Shown here: positions 47,800-56,797 of the stretch, one piece after another
Layout of the letters: each line of letters starts with the position of its first letter
Position numbering within the stretch: position 1 is the first letter of the stretch
From: a virus
IMG/VR virus record: IMGVR_UViG_3300023717_000163
DNA: 64,000 bases
Reading direction: 5' to 3' (one strand)
Notes under the pieces: generated by a model
Told to the model about the DNA's origin: nothing
What the model saw: the letters and a program-made list of their open reading frames with translations, nothing else
The model's database searches: none
Made by a program: the position numbers and the translations under genes

Positions 47800-48033
47800 C
47801 TATTCTGTTATTATTAATTTCATGTGCATTCTTGAAATCATTTTCTCTTCTTCTTTCAACTTATGATAATAATCTATAGCTTCATCTTTAGTATTGAATG
47901 TACCAACACACGAATAATGCCAAGATCCGAAAGGATCTTTGAGGATATACAAGTTGTATGAACCTAAGACCGTTTTCGCCAAATAGTAAGGATCTCGTAT
48001 CATAATGTTCATTCCATTTTTATTTACTCGCAT
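47800..48033 (-). CDS. Hypothetical protein
   Basis: 77-aa ORF. Confidence 0.4.
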   Translation of the reverse strand: MRVNKNGMNIMIRDPYYLAKTVLGSYNLYILKDPFGSWHYSCVGTFNTKDEAIDYYHKLKEEEKMISRMHMKLIITE

Positions 48034-48875
48034 AGTCCATGAAACAGACTCATGCAGGCATATCCACCTTCCGGCTCGAACATATCAGGGGTATGTTCTT
48101 TAACGTACTCCAAAACTTCCTCTACATAAGGATATTGTTTGTTTTTACAGAATCTTTGAGGTATGTATAATGGAGGAAAGAAGGAATGTCCTACGCTTTT
48201 CTCTGCTTGAATTAGGCGTTGGCACATTTTAGGATCATTTTTGGCTATGAGTTCGATTTCTTTGTGCCGACACATGATACACGGGAAACATCCAACACGT
48301 GAGAATCCACGATAATACAATGGATTCGGTTTCTGCCCTGCATCCAGTATGCAATCTATAACTTGCTGTGCACTCCATTTGAAGATAGGTCTTAGAACAG
48401 AAGCGTCATATTGGGAACACCATTCTTTGACATCCTTACTTCGGTAGTTTTCAGTTCTTCCTTTCTTATTAGGTTGAAAATACGATTTGAAGTACATACA
48501 TTCCTCTTCCATTGCCGCACGTGCTGTACTTTCTCCGGCTCTGATACCTTGTATGATAATGCAGCTTTCTTTCAAAGAAAGTACATAATCAATCATTGGC
48601 TTCATTTTTAGTTCACTGGTACAAAATCGTGCATTCGTGGAAGGAAATCTTTTCTTATGAGCTGCCAAAGACACAAAATCATATTTTGATTTGAGAGTTA
48701 TAAGTCTTACACCCATTTGCAGACAAACATCATTCACATGTTTATATGTGTCAGGGTGTTCCCAACCGGTGTCACAAAACACAGCGGTTAAATTCCCCCC
48801 CCCATATTGTTTGAAGGCTTGGATTAAACATGCTTGTGAATCCTTACCACCTGAAAAACTTACTAATATTTTCAT
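48024..48875 (-). CDS. PP-loop ATP pyrophosphatase, PAPS-reductase/QueC superfamily
   Basis: SFSGGKDS P-loop and a C-terminal GCFPC...C Cys cluster. An in-frame C9 tract encodes YGGGN. Confidence 0.6.
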   Translation of the reverse strand: MKILVSFSGGKDSQACLIQAFKQYGGGNLTAVFCDTGWEHPDTYKHVNDVCLQMGVRLITLKSKYDFVSLAAHKKRFPSTNARFCTSELKMKPMIDYVLSLKESCIIIQGIRAGESTARAAMEEECMYFKSYFQPNKKGRTENYRSKDVKEWCSQYDASVLRPIFKWSAQQVIDCILDAGQKPNPLYYRGFSRVGCFPCIMCRHKEIELIAKNDPKMCQRLIQAEKSVGHSFFPPLYIPQRFCKNKQYPYVEEVLEYVKEHTPDMFEPEGGYACMSLFHGLCE

Positions 48876-48877
48876 TT

Positions 48878-49207
48878 TTATGCCATTTCAATTTTTACAT
48901 ATTCATTTTTATTAATCCCGGCACTACCTTTGGGAGAATACACTAATCGGCCTCCATTATCCAATATCTTTTGTACATCTTTCATAGCTTGGTATGCTTG
49001 GGTATAGTCTTTGTATTCTTGGTGGCCTATTGGATATTTGCAATATCTTCTACCACCGTCAGGCATGATGCTGATACCGAATACTGTTTCATAAGTTTTT
49101 CGGTTGAAATTCTGTTGAGTCCTTACTTTCATTTTTTTTGATACATTTTCCCAGTTTAAGTATAAATACACATTCGTTATCCGGTGCTCCCCAATTGGTG
49201 TTACCAA
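48878..49207 (-). CDS. Hypothetical protein
   Basis: 109-aa ORF. Its start may be the internal ATG, since it overlaps the next gene by 119 nt. Confidence 0.35.
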   Translation of the reverse strand: MVTPIGEHRITNVYLYLNWENVSKKMKVRTQQNFNRKTYETVFGISIMPDGGRRYCKYPIGHQEYKDYTQAYQAMKDVQKILDNGGRLVYSPKGSAGINKNEYVKIEMA

Positions 49208-49505
49208 CTCCGATGGTTATAGATTCAAGTTCAAAAAGCATTGTCCGTTTGGTGTAGCCAAAACGGAAGCGAACATGAGTGTATTCTTTGGGGTGAAAGC
49301 CGTTTCCACGTGTAATACAAGAAAAACAAATAGCTTTCTTACAATAGAAACCAGTCTTTTCATAGGAATTGCGACCTCCACATTTTGCTAATCTTCCGAT
49401 CCAGTATTTCTTGATCTCTCTGTATTCTTCTTTCTTATTTCCGGATTCGATCATTTCATACCATTTTGCTTTTAATGGCAGGTCAAGGATTTTCATATTA
49501 ACCAT
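49089..49505 (-). CDS. ASCH-domain protein
   Basis: SGNKKEEYR fits the GxKxxExR ASCH signature. Confidence 0.45.
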   Translation of the reverse strand: MVNMKILDLPLKAKWYEMIESGNKKEEYREIKKYWIGRLAKCGGRNSYEKTGFYCKKAICFSCITRGNGFHPKEYTHVRFRFGYTKRTMLFELESITIGVGNTNWGAPDNECVFILKLGKCIKKNESKDSTEFQPKNL

Positions 49506-49739
49506 AGTCTAAAAGAGTTGCGGATTCTGTTTGTCGTGAAGGATTTTTTGAACACGTTCAATTTCTTCATCTACTTCACGCTCAATTTGTTTACTTATTC
49601 GTAAATCTATCTGTCTCTTATTTTTTAAATATTCTTTTTGGCAACGGCGCATTTCCACCACTTTGTCGAAAAAATCTTTTGGAGTCATAGATTTAAAAGG
49701 TATGGAAAAGGCCGCTTTGATGCGGCCTCCCCAGTGTGA

Positions 49740-50324
49740 TTACTTTTTTCCAATCAGAAAGTCTTTCCACAATTCTTTGAATTGTTCTCCAAAGTAAATT
49801 GCGATTTCACTTGATTTTACAGCAAGGCGAGAGCCGATATACGCAGACGAGGACGACCAAGCGGAAGCCGAGTTCGCAGAAGCGAGGCCGCAAAACGCAC
49901 CGAAATTCGCAGAACCGCCCCAAAGAACCAGCCGATTACGATCCTCTTCGTCCATTTCATCAATTTCTTTTTGATTATAAAGATAAAACCACGGCGTATA
50001 ACGGTATTCATCTTTAGTAAATCGTGGAAAATCAGGATCGTTGTTTAACGCACGGGCAATAGTGTATAGTTTGATGTAGGCGAGGTGTGCAATATCAGCC
50101 ACTTCTTCTTTGTGTCCGTCTTCATCTTCAACAAGTAGGCGAACAATGGGTTTTACACCTATTGCTTCACAAGCATCTTCGTAGGTTTTAATATTGTGAT
50201 AATCTGTATAATCCGGCTTTTGCTTTCCGAATAGGGCTGTTAGAATACTAATTGCTTTAGGACAGTCGTTTGCTTCACTAAAAGCGGCTGTTACCTTTTC
50301 TTGTGTGATTTTAAGTTCTGACAT
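49740..50324 (-). CDS. DGR target protein 2 (194 aa) carrying the remote variable repeat VR2
   Basis: C-terminal LVLWGGSANFGAFCGLASANSASAWSSSSAYIGSRLA. All 17 nucleotide differences from the TR fall at TR adenines. Confidence 0.6.
   Translation of the reverse strand: MSELKITQEKVTAAFSEANDCPKAISILTALFGKQKPDYTDYHNIKTYEDACEAIGVKPIVRLLVEDEDGHKEEVADIAHLAYIKLYTIARALNNDPDFPRFTKDEYRYTPWFYLYNQKEIDEMDEEDRNRLVLWGGSANFGAFCGLASANSASAWSSSSAYIGSRLAVKSSEIAIYFGEQFKELWKDFLIGKK
49826..49933 (-). repeat. DGR variable repeat VR2 (about 15 kb from the TR, on the opposite strand)
   Basis: Reverse complement aligned to the TR by hand across its full ~108-bp length. The 17 mismatches are all A-to-N. Confidence 0.65.
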
Positions 50325-50332
50325 AATGTAAA

Positions 50333-51085
50333 TTATTTATTGTTAATACTATATCCGAATAATGCAAAATCTCCCCGGCACGGATCATCCGGGAAAATTG
50401 TTTTCATGTAATTGGTTACTTGTTGAACCATTTTCCAGTCCTCTGTTTTGCGTGTTGTTATCCCAAGCTGATGTGCCATTTTTGCAACATGCGCATCCAA
50501 TGGTATGTATAATTCTGTTGGATGAATAATAGTCCAAATACCTAAATCCACCGGCGATTTTCGTACTACCCACCGTAGAAACAGACAAATACGCTTGCAT
50601 GGAGAATCACGCTCCAATTTTGGAATACCTTTTACGCCACCAAAATCTGTTTGTATTTCACGGATAACATTGTTGTAACCCTCATAAAATACTTCCAAAT
50701 CATCCCATTCCTGATATATGTTGTACAACCGCTGGCAAATGCAGAAGAAGTCATGGTAGGTGAACATACGGTAGAAGGTATTTGTATTTTCTTTGTATTG
50801 TTCCCATACTTTGTTCATAATGAAGTCATAAGGAGAATTACCCATTAGATTATCCAAAATTTCTGCTTGCTGCATTATCAGTTTGCGATTCCCGAAAGCT
50901 ATCCATGAAGTAAGAAAGGCACTGATTTCTATGTCCTTTTTATCACTGTACTTATGTGGGAAGAATATAGGATCATCTTTTATAAAATCAGGTGTTTCAA
51001 ATTGTTTTGCCCAGTCAAGTAGTTTGTTTCTTAGTTCTTCCATAATATTCTTCTTTCCATTTTTTGAAAGCGGCTTCTTTATCAT
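50333..51085 (-). CDS. HhH-GPD superfamily-like protein (DNA glycosylase fold)
   Basis: IPLDAHVAKMAHQLGI resembles the vDTHvfRv.nRlgl helix-hairpin-helix motif of Nth/MutY-type enzymes. Confidence 0.4.
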   Translation of the reverse strand: MIKKPLSKNGKKNIMEELRNKLLDWAKQFETPDFIKDDPIFFPHKYSDKKDIEISAFLTSWIAFGNRKLIMQQAEILDNLMGNSPYDFIMNKVWEQYKENTNTFYRMFTYHDFFCICQRLYNIYQEWDDLEVFYEGYNNVIREIQTDFGGVKGIPKLERDSPCKRICLFLRWVVRKSPVDLGIWTIIHPTELYIPLDAHVAKMAHQLGITTRKTEDWKMVQQVTNYMKTIFPDDPCRGDFALFGYSINNK

Positions 51086-51698
51086 TTGATTTCATCCTTT
51101 GTATGAATGATTGATGGGATTCCAATAATTCTTTGGCCTCTTCATCTCCATTTTCCGATCTTTCAGTTAGATGTTTGATATATTCTCCGTAGAACATTCC
51201 AGTGCTGTTATTATTTTGTTCATGGGCTTCATTAATTGAAAGAGAAGAAACAATTTCATCACGCTGTACATCGTATTCATTTAACCAGCCGAGAATGATA
51301 TTACCGTCCAGTCTATCGTAAATCTTACCGGAAGCCATAGCATTACGGAAACACAATTTGATTTCCTCCAATTTGAGATAATAGAATCTGTCTATTATTA
51401 GATCAGCGGTAAGTGCCACTTGAACATCATTCATCGTTTTTCCAACATTGAAAAAAGACACAAGCTCGTTAATCGCAATTACCAGTATGGCTCTTGCGCC
51501 AGCCAATGTGATTTCTTTTCTTATAACGGAGAGTGGTAGGTTAGGAGTGTTGAGAACAGCTTCTTTAATCGAACTTACGTGCAATCCCTTGTAATACTCC
51601 GCTTGCAAGGTCAGCAAGTCTTTCAACGCTTTCTTTTCGGTTGCCGGGAGATTGCTGTTGACTTGAATTAAGTTGTTTCCCATACTTGTTAAAATCAT
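51015..51698 (-). CDS. Hypothetical protein
   Basis: 227-aa ORF. The likely start is the internal ATG (MGNNLIQ), given a 134-nt overlap with the upstream ORF. Confidence 0.4.
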   Translation of the reverse strand: MILTSMGNNLIQVNSNLPATEKKALKDLLTLQAEYYKGLHVSSIKEAVLNTPNLPLSVIRKEITLAGARAILVIAINELVSFFNVGKTMNDVQVALTADLIIDRFYYLKLEEIKLCFRNAMASGKIYDRLDGNIILGWLNEYDVQRDEIVSSLSINEAHEQNNNSTGMFYGEYIKHLTERSENGDEEAKELLESHQSFIQRMKSNDKEAAFKKWKEEYYGRTKKQTT

Positions 51699-51984
51699 TA
51701 TTAGACCATCTGACTAAACGTTTGGAAACTTCAAATGTACGTTCCTTCTCAAAGCGCATTTTCCGGCCTCCGCATTCAGTCCAATACTCAAAAAAGTCCT
51801 TCAACATATCATCAGGATATTTTCCTCTATACATGAGGACTTCACTTCTGAATTTGTCTTTCCTTGCAGAAAGAGAATCCTTATTCATATTCATCTTATG
51901 GCCTAATCCGGCCATGAATGCTTGTTCCAATGTTGCATCGGGATGATCCCGACACCATTGGGCTGCTAATTCTTCTGATTTCAT
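51565..51984 (-). CDS. Hypothetical protein
   Basis: 139-aa ORF. Its C-terminal ~45 aa overlap the next gene in another frame. Confidence 0.4.
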   Translation of the reverse strand: MKSEELAAQWCRDHPDATLEQAFMAGLGHKMNMNKDSLSARKDKFRSEVLMYRGKYPDDMLKDFFEYWTECGGRKMRFEKERTFEVSKRLVRWSNNDFNKYGKQLNSSQQQSPGNRKESVERLADLASGVLQGIARKFD

Positions 51985-51989
51985 TTGAT

Positions 51990-53095
51990 TTATAATTTAG
52001 ATAACCAATATTTCCATACTCGTGAGGCTACTTGTGCCATCATAACGGGTGGTACACTCATTCCACAGATATAATGTGGGGATTGGTTGAGGAAATGATA
52101 ATCTTGTGGAAATGTGGATATATTACATACTTCTGACCGTGATAAATATATAGGCTGCTTAAAAGGAATAATTGAGTCTGCATGAGTTGTTAGGGTGTAG
52201 CTTACTTTGTTCTCATATAGATATTGTTGATTAAAAAAGCCTCGTTTTCCAGTTTGTTTCTTATAGGCCTCTGCCAAAGCAATATCTCCTGCCACTCTCT
52301 GCTCAAATAACTTTCTCATTTTTACGCCAATAGGCTTTCCCTTGTAATCCGCATATTCCCCATAATATATTTCCGATTCATTAAATTCCATGTCGATGTA
52401 TGGCTCAACATTGAAGAGGTCTGAAACTTTTAGGAAATGGGCTCCCAAATCATGTCTGATACATATAAAGAATACACGTTCTCTTTTTTGAGGTACTCCC
52501 ATTTTAGAAGCATCAAGAAGAAAATGCTGACAGTAATAACCAGCTTCCTCAAAGCCTTTGTATATACGTCTGACATAATCAATCGCATTCCCTAAAAGAA
52601 GTCCTTTTACATTTTCAGCAATAACGACTTTAGGTTTTAAGCGTTTGGCAAGTGCAATAAAATCAAAAAAGAGCGTGTCTAAAACTTGTGTCTTTTGACC
52701 TTCCTTGAATTTCTTTTCTTTACCCCACGCATCTTCACGTAATCCCGACATGCTAAATGTACTGCAAGGTGGTGATCCGTCCAATATATCTAAATTGTAC
52801 AGTTCTTCGGGAAGATTATTCCTTTTCACTAAATCACGAATATCTTCCAAATAACTATACTGGGGATGATGGTTTGTTTCATAGCATTTCATCATTCGTG
52901 GATCAATCTCATTACAGCCAATAACATCGTAACCTGCTATTTTGTAACCCATAGTAGAGCCACCGCCACATGCAAAACAAGAAAATACCTTTCCCTTATC
53001 TTTAGTAAAAACAGCATCTTCTAAAGACCAGCGATAAGGATAGAGATGTTGTGTATGGGGGGGGTAATTACATCTTTCATCATTCCACCTCCCAT
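51990..53095 (-). CDS. DNA cytosine-5 methyltransferase whose N-terminus (motif I) is out of frame at a G8 tract
   Basis: PPCSTFSMSG and ENVKGLL lie in the annotated ORF. Motif I FSCFACGGG is upstream of the annotated ATG, in frame but with no start codon. The ATGs at about 53084-53095 join this frame only if the G8 tract (53057-53064) becomes G9. Confidence 0.7.
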
Positions 53096-53616
53096 AATTC
53101 AGCTACTCTTTTGAACTCTTCATCAGCTGGAACCGGGCAATCTTTGATCCATTGCATATCTTTTACTTTCCATAACGAAAGGTCTGTGTTGTCAGGAATA
53201 TGCTTTTTAATATCAGGAAAAAGATTGAGCCGAAGAGATTTACTTTCCATAAGTTCATCTTTGTAATCCAACAAAAAATTATTGGCCTCCAATAAACTAT
53301 GAACATCATTAACAGAATGTGGAGTGTAAACAACTCCATCGAAGTATCTGATATAATTGGGGAGCATATCAGCCAGTGCCGTATATAGAAATAATTTTCC
53401 TTTATTTCCATAGGCCAATTTTTGAACGGTTTTGATACTTTCAGCCAAATTTGCCAGTTTTTCAGGAAACAAAAGTGGTTCTCCACCAGTTATCATGATC
53501 TCTTTGTAATTAAAGTGCTCAACAACTGGTAATTTTGAAAAATCCCATGAGTTGTTGCAACACATAGGACATTTGTTCGGACATTTGGTTGTAACCAATA
53601 GACGTAACTTTTCCAT
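53080..53616 (-). CDS. Radical SAM protein, QueE/PflA-activase-like
   Basis: N-terminal CPNKCPMC (CxxxCxxC) and MITGGEPLL. Confidence 0.5.
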   Translation of the reverse strand: MEKLRLLVTTKCPNKCPMCCNNSWDFSKLPVVEHFNYKEIMITGGEPLLFPEKLANLAESIKTVQKLAYGNKGKLFLYTALADMLPNYIRYFDGVVYTPHSVNDVHSLLEANNFLLDYKDELMESKSLRLNLFPDIKKHIPDNTDLSLWKVKDMQWIKDCPVPADEEFKRVAELWEVE

Positions 53617-53892
53617 TTATAATGATATTGTTTGGGTGTATTTCAATTCTCCGGTATATCCACGTGCTTTCAATTCTGCGATAAGTTCCCGTGGAGAAAA
53701 TTTTGCCAATTCAGGATTGGAATATATTTTCTTCAAATTCCCCCCCCCCGGAGTTTTCTTACGGTTTCTGGCATAAACATTACCGCACTCTTTACAATAT
53801 GTCTGCAATCCATCTTCGGTTGAAGCATTTTTCCAAAACTCACTGACCGGAAGTTCCCGGCCACATTTGCTACATTTTTTTAATTTTTCCAT
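53617..53892 (-). CDS. Zinc-ribbon protein
   Basis: CSKCGRE...CKECGN. An in-frame C10 tract encodes PGGGN. Confidence 0.45.
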   Translation of the reverse strand: MEKLKKCSKCGRELPVSEFWKNASTEDGLQTYCKECGNVYARNRKKTPGGGNLKKIYSNPELAKFSPRELIAELKARGYTGELKYTQTISL

Positions 53893-54347
53893 TATTCCTT
53901 TTCTTTAATTCTACCATATTCACATATTAGTAAGGCATCCGAAGTTGCCAATGTAACTTTTGCATACGGGAACAGCTGTTGGGCTTTCTTCTTTAAGATG
54001 TTTTTCCATTCTGTCTTACCCAATTTGTCTGTATTTCGTAATCCTATAGTTTTTTGCCAAGTTTGTGGAGATACTGTTACTGTCGGAATCCCACAAGCTA
54101 TCAATCCCATAGTCAGCTGTCCGTAACTTTCTCCAAAAACAAAAGAGGCAGAAGCACTTTGTCCGGTCATGCCATTCACTCGTTCCAAATAACAAACGCT
54201 ATTTTCTTTGTATATGGAGAGAAAATCTAATAAGTCTTTGGGAGTTGGTGGCATTTTGATACACTCCAATAATTTGTTATTCTCGGTGTCGTACACTACA
54301 ATACCACCGTTTTTGCCAACATCTATACCTATGATCCTTCGTTTCAT
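53892..54347 (-). CDS. RuvC-like Holliday junction resolvase
   Basis: IIGIDVGKNGGIVVYD at the N-terminus and TSDALLICEYG near the C-terminus, matching the RuvC fold. Confidence 0.55.
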   Translation of the reverse strand: MKRRIIGIDVGKNGGIVVYDTENNKLLECIKMPPTPKDLLDFLSIYKENSVCYLERVNGMTGQSASASFVFGESYGQLTMGLIACGIPTVTVSPQTWQKTIGLRNTDKLGKTEWKNILKKKAQQLFPYAKVTLATSDALLICEYGRIKEKE

Positions 54348-54350
54348 AAA

Positions 54351-54518
54351 TTATACTTTTTTGTTTATAAATCTTTTGAGCTTAATTACATCTTTCTTTC
54401 CAAGCCTTAGTGCTTCACTGGTCTTGATGTCAGAAGGTGAAGCTTTACAATTCTCGGTTATCCTTTCAAAATGTCGGATAAAGGATTTTAGGAAATAGTC
54501 GGGAATTTCAACTTTCAT
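54351..54518 (-). CDS. Small hypothetical protein (ATG-initiated part of the track ORF)
   Basis: MKVEIPDYFLKSF... The track ORF's TTG-initiated extension covers the tRNA-like T-arm. Confidence 0.3.
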   Translation of the reverse strand: MKVEIPDYFLKSFIRHFERITENCKASPSDIKTSEALRLGKKDVIKLKRFINKKV

Positions 54519-54532
54519 AATGATTGATTTAT

Positions 54533-54697
54533 GAGAATAAGCCCGGACTCGAACCGGGAACTGTTGCAATCAGGATTTTCGTTTCTGCTTCCGTTTGTAC
54601 GTATGTCAAGTGTTAATAGCATGATTACCTGACTCGTGATGCTATTCGTGCATTTTTACCACAGAAACTAAGCGTCTTCCAATTCCGCCACTTATTC
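54533..54697 (-). other. tRNA-like RNA element with a 7-bp acceptor-like pairing and a canonical T-arm, about 165 nt long
   Basis: On the minus strand: 5' GAATAAG...U8...GG...cccggTTCGAGTccggg-CTTATTC-t. The T-stem is a perfect 5 bp. No canonical anticodon arm could be placed. Confidence 0.3.
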
Positions 54698-55096
54698 GTT
54701 TGCCTCCACAATAGAGGCATTCTTATATGAACAAAAAGACTCTTTGTAGTATCTACCGCCGTGGAGCGTATGCAGCGTACTCGGCTCGACTTGCAAAGAG
54801 AAGAAAAAAGGTGAGGCATGATAGTTCCCGGATAGGCGGCCAAGCCACACCGGGAGAAGCTGATTATTAATCGGGTTAATGATTATTGTTTTAAGAATTT
54901 AGCAAAAGTCTTGATTGAGCTTTCATTATTACTTTTTAAAGAGGCCAATTCTGTATTTTTAGAAGTTAGCGTAGAAATAACAGATTTATTCTTTTCGATT
55001 TCTGTATCAATATCACTATTAAGTGTTTCCAAATCGGCTTTTGCTTGTGTAAATTGAGACAATATTGTATCTCTTCTTTGTTGAAATGTCGGTATA

Positions 55097-55888
55097 CTAT
55101 TTTGTTATTTTTAGAAATTCAGGAGCAATACCATACAAAGGGCTTGTTCCATCCCATTTGTCAATGAACTGTTTATATAATATTTCTTTTGTCAGACCTC
55201 TTGACTGAATTAGAGCCTGCTCGGTTTTTAACTGTTCCAGTTCATTGCGCTTCTTCTGTTCCTCAATTTGTTGATCCAACACGGAGATATTGGTATTCAC
55301 TTCATTTCTACTATCAATTTTTTCGCGAACTTTATCGGAGAACTCCAACTGGGCAGAGAATGTGAGTAATTGCAGACCTCTTTTTTCAAACTCTTTGTCA
55401 ACTATCTGTTCCAATCGTTTCTCAAACACTAATGAACCTCCATCAGCCATTAAACTGTCAGTCTTATGTTTCCGACTTTCCTCTTTTATCAAATCATATA
55501 TACGTGGCTCCAAAATGTTATCTTCTAACGAAGACATGAAATCACTTCCACGGCCAATATGCTTGTTGTCAAAGACAACATCAATGGCACGGTTCTTGAT
55601 AACTTTATAGCTATATGTGGGACGTGCCTTGAACTCTGTATTATCGGCTGCTTTCAGTGTGACAGCTTCGGCAAATTCTCCACGCTGATCGAATAGCGGA
55701 ACTTGAAAAAGCTCTGTGCCTAATTCCCATGTAGATACCTTACCGGAAACGATTTTAAAATCTTCTTTTCCTTGTTTGCCGTAGTTCTCCATAAGGACAC
55801 CGGCATAATTGGGAGCAACTCTTTCGCATGAAGCAAACAAAACAACGGCAAATAATGCCACAATCAAAAAATCAATCTTTCTTTTCAT
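55097..55888 (-). CDS. Lipoprotein with coiled-coil regions
   Basis: Signal and lipobox (LFAVVLFASC); 263 aa. Confidence 0.5.
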   Translation of the reverse strand: MKRKIDFLIVALFAVVLFASCERVAPNYAGVLMENYGKQGKEDFKIVSGKVSTWELGTELFQVPLFDQRGEFAEAVTLKAADNTEFKARPTYSYKVIKNRAIDVVFDNKHIGRGSDFMSSLEDNILEPRIYDLIKEESRKHKTDSLMADGGSLVFEKRLEQIVDKEFEKRGLQLLTFSAQLEFSDKVREKIDSRNEVNTNISVLDQQIEEQKKRNELEQLKTEQALIQSRGLTKEILYKQFIDKWDGTSPLYGIAPEFLKITK

Positions 55889-56045
55889 TTTCTACTTTTT
55901 TAATGATATTATAAACTATAAATGCTACAGTCAGCATGATTATTGAAATTCCAAGCCACGCATTTATGTGATTGAATACGCGGTTGCCAATGAAGAAAGC
56001 CGATACGACAAGTACCGGCTTCCAGTATTTCTTTACAGACTTCAT
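55866..56045 (-). CDS. Small membrane protein (59 aa)
   Basis: Translated by hand (MKSVKKYWKPVLVVSAFFIGN...), with two hydrophobic helices. Overlaps both neighbours. Confidence 0.3.
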
Positions 56046-56047
56046 TG

Positions 56048-56791
56048 TTATTGTTCGATAATGGCAATATCCGGTGCCAATTTACGAATTAACAACAATT
56101 GCTCGTCAATGGCCTTATTACGCTCTTCTTCCACTATTACTTCTGCACCGGGAGAGCAAAGGGATAATCGAATGTTACGCCCATCCACATCTGCAATGAT
56201 TTCCACTTCAATTTCTTCTGCCGGGCGACCTTTGAAAATCGGAACAATAAGATTGAATGAGGCCGGAAGATTGGAGTTGACAACTTGGCTGTAATTGTCA
56301 GTGCGACTACCGTTGTCTTGTCGGGAGTTTTCCACTTTTGAGTCAATGCTGGCTTTGAAGTTCTTCAAGACTGTTACCAGTTCCATGTTGTATTGTGCAT
56401 CCTTGAAGAAGGCACGATTCATTTTGAAGAACTTTGAAAGCTGCACCGGTTCCCATGTCTTGCTTGTGTTAATACCAAATTCAAGAAACTTGGGATAGTA
56501 TTTCAACTCACCTCTTACAGTAGCTTTATTCCTACTGTCAGTTTCATTGGTGACAAGTTTAAGTGTCATTTTCTCCCGATCAACAAGAATATAGCAACGT
56601 TTCTGATTGATCTGCTCTTTTTCAGAGATTCTTTTCAAGAGAAATTCATGAACACTTCCAATTGTTCCGGCTAATTCTACCTTATCAGGCTCCAGTACCG
56701 GTAACTCATTTTCTTCGTGAAGTTCAATAACTCTAAGGGTTGCTTCGGTCATACCCGGAGCAAAGTTCACTTGCATCTTTTCGTTTCCCAT
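56048..56791 (-). CDS. Hypothetical protein
   Basis: 247-aa ORF. Confidence 0.5.
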   Translation of the reverse strand: MGNEKMQVNFAPGMTEATLRVIELHEENELPVLEPDKVELAGTIGSVHEFLLKRISEKEQINQKRCYILVDREKMTLKLVTNETDSRNKATVRGELKYYPKFLEFGINTSKTWEPVQLSKFFKMNRAFFKDAQYNMELVTVLKNFKASIDSKVENSRQDNGSRTDNYSQVVNSNLPASFNLIVPIFKGRPAEEIEVEIIADVDGRNIRLSLCSPGAEVIVEEERNKAIDEQLLLIRKLAPDIAIIEQ

Positions 56792-56797
56792 GCTGTT

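Noticed and set aside
45433-53064. Treating the two methyltransferase frame breaks simply as pseudogenes
   Set aside because: Both breaks coincide exactly with long G homopolymers and are restored by a single +1 repeat unit, so phase variation or homopolymer sequencing error are more likely than decay. This cannot be resolved without reads.
53051-53266. Plus-strand ORF MYGGGNYIFHH
   Set aside because: A by-product of the G8 tract, lying antisense to the methyltransferase N-terminus and the radical-SAM gene. It has no RBS and low-complexity composition.
54520-54900. tmRNA (ssrA) on the minus strand ending with the T-arm at 54541
   Set aside because: No tag-peptide reading frame ending in ALAA-stop and no GGGG 5' acceptor partner were found. 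The region is far shorter than the ~350 nt expected.
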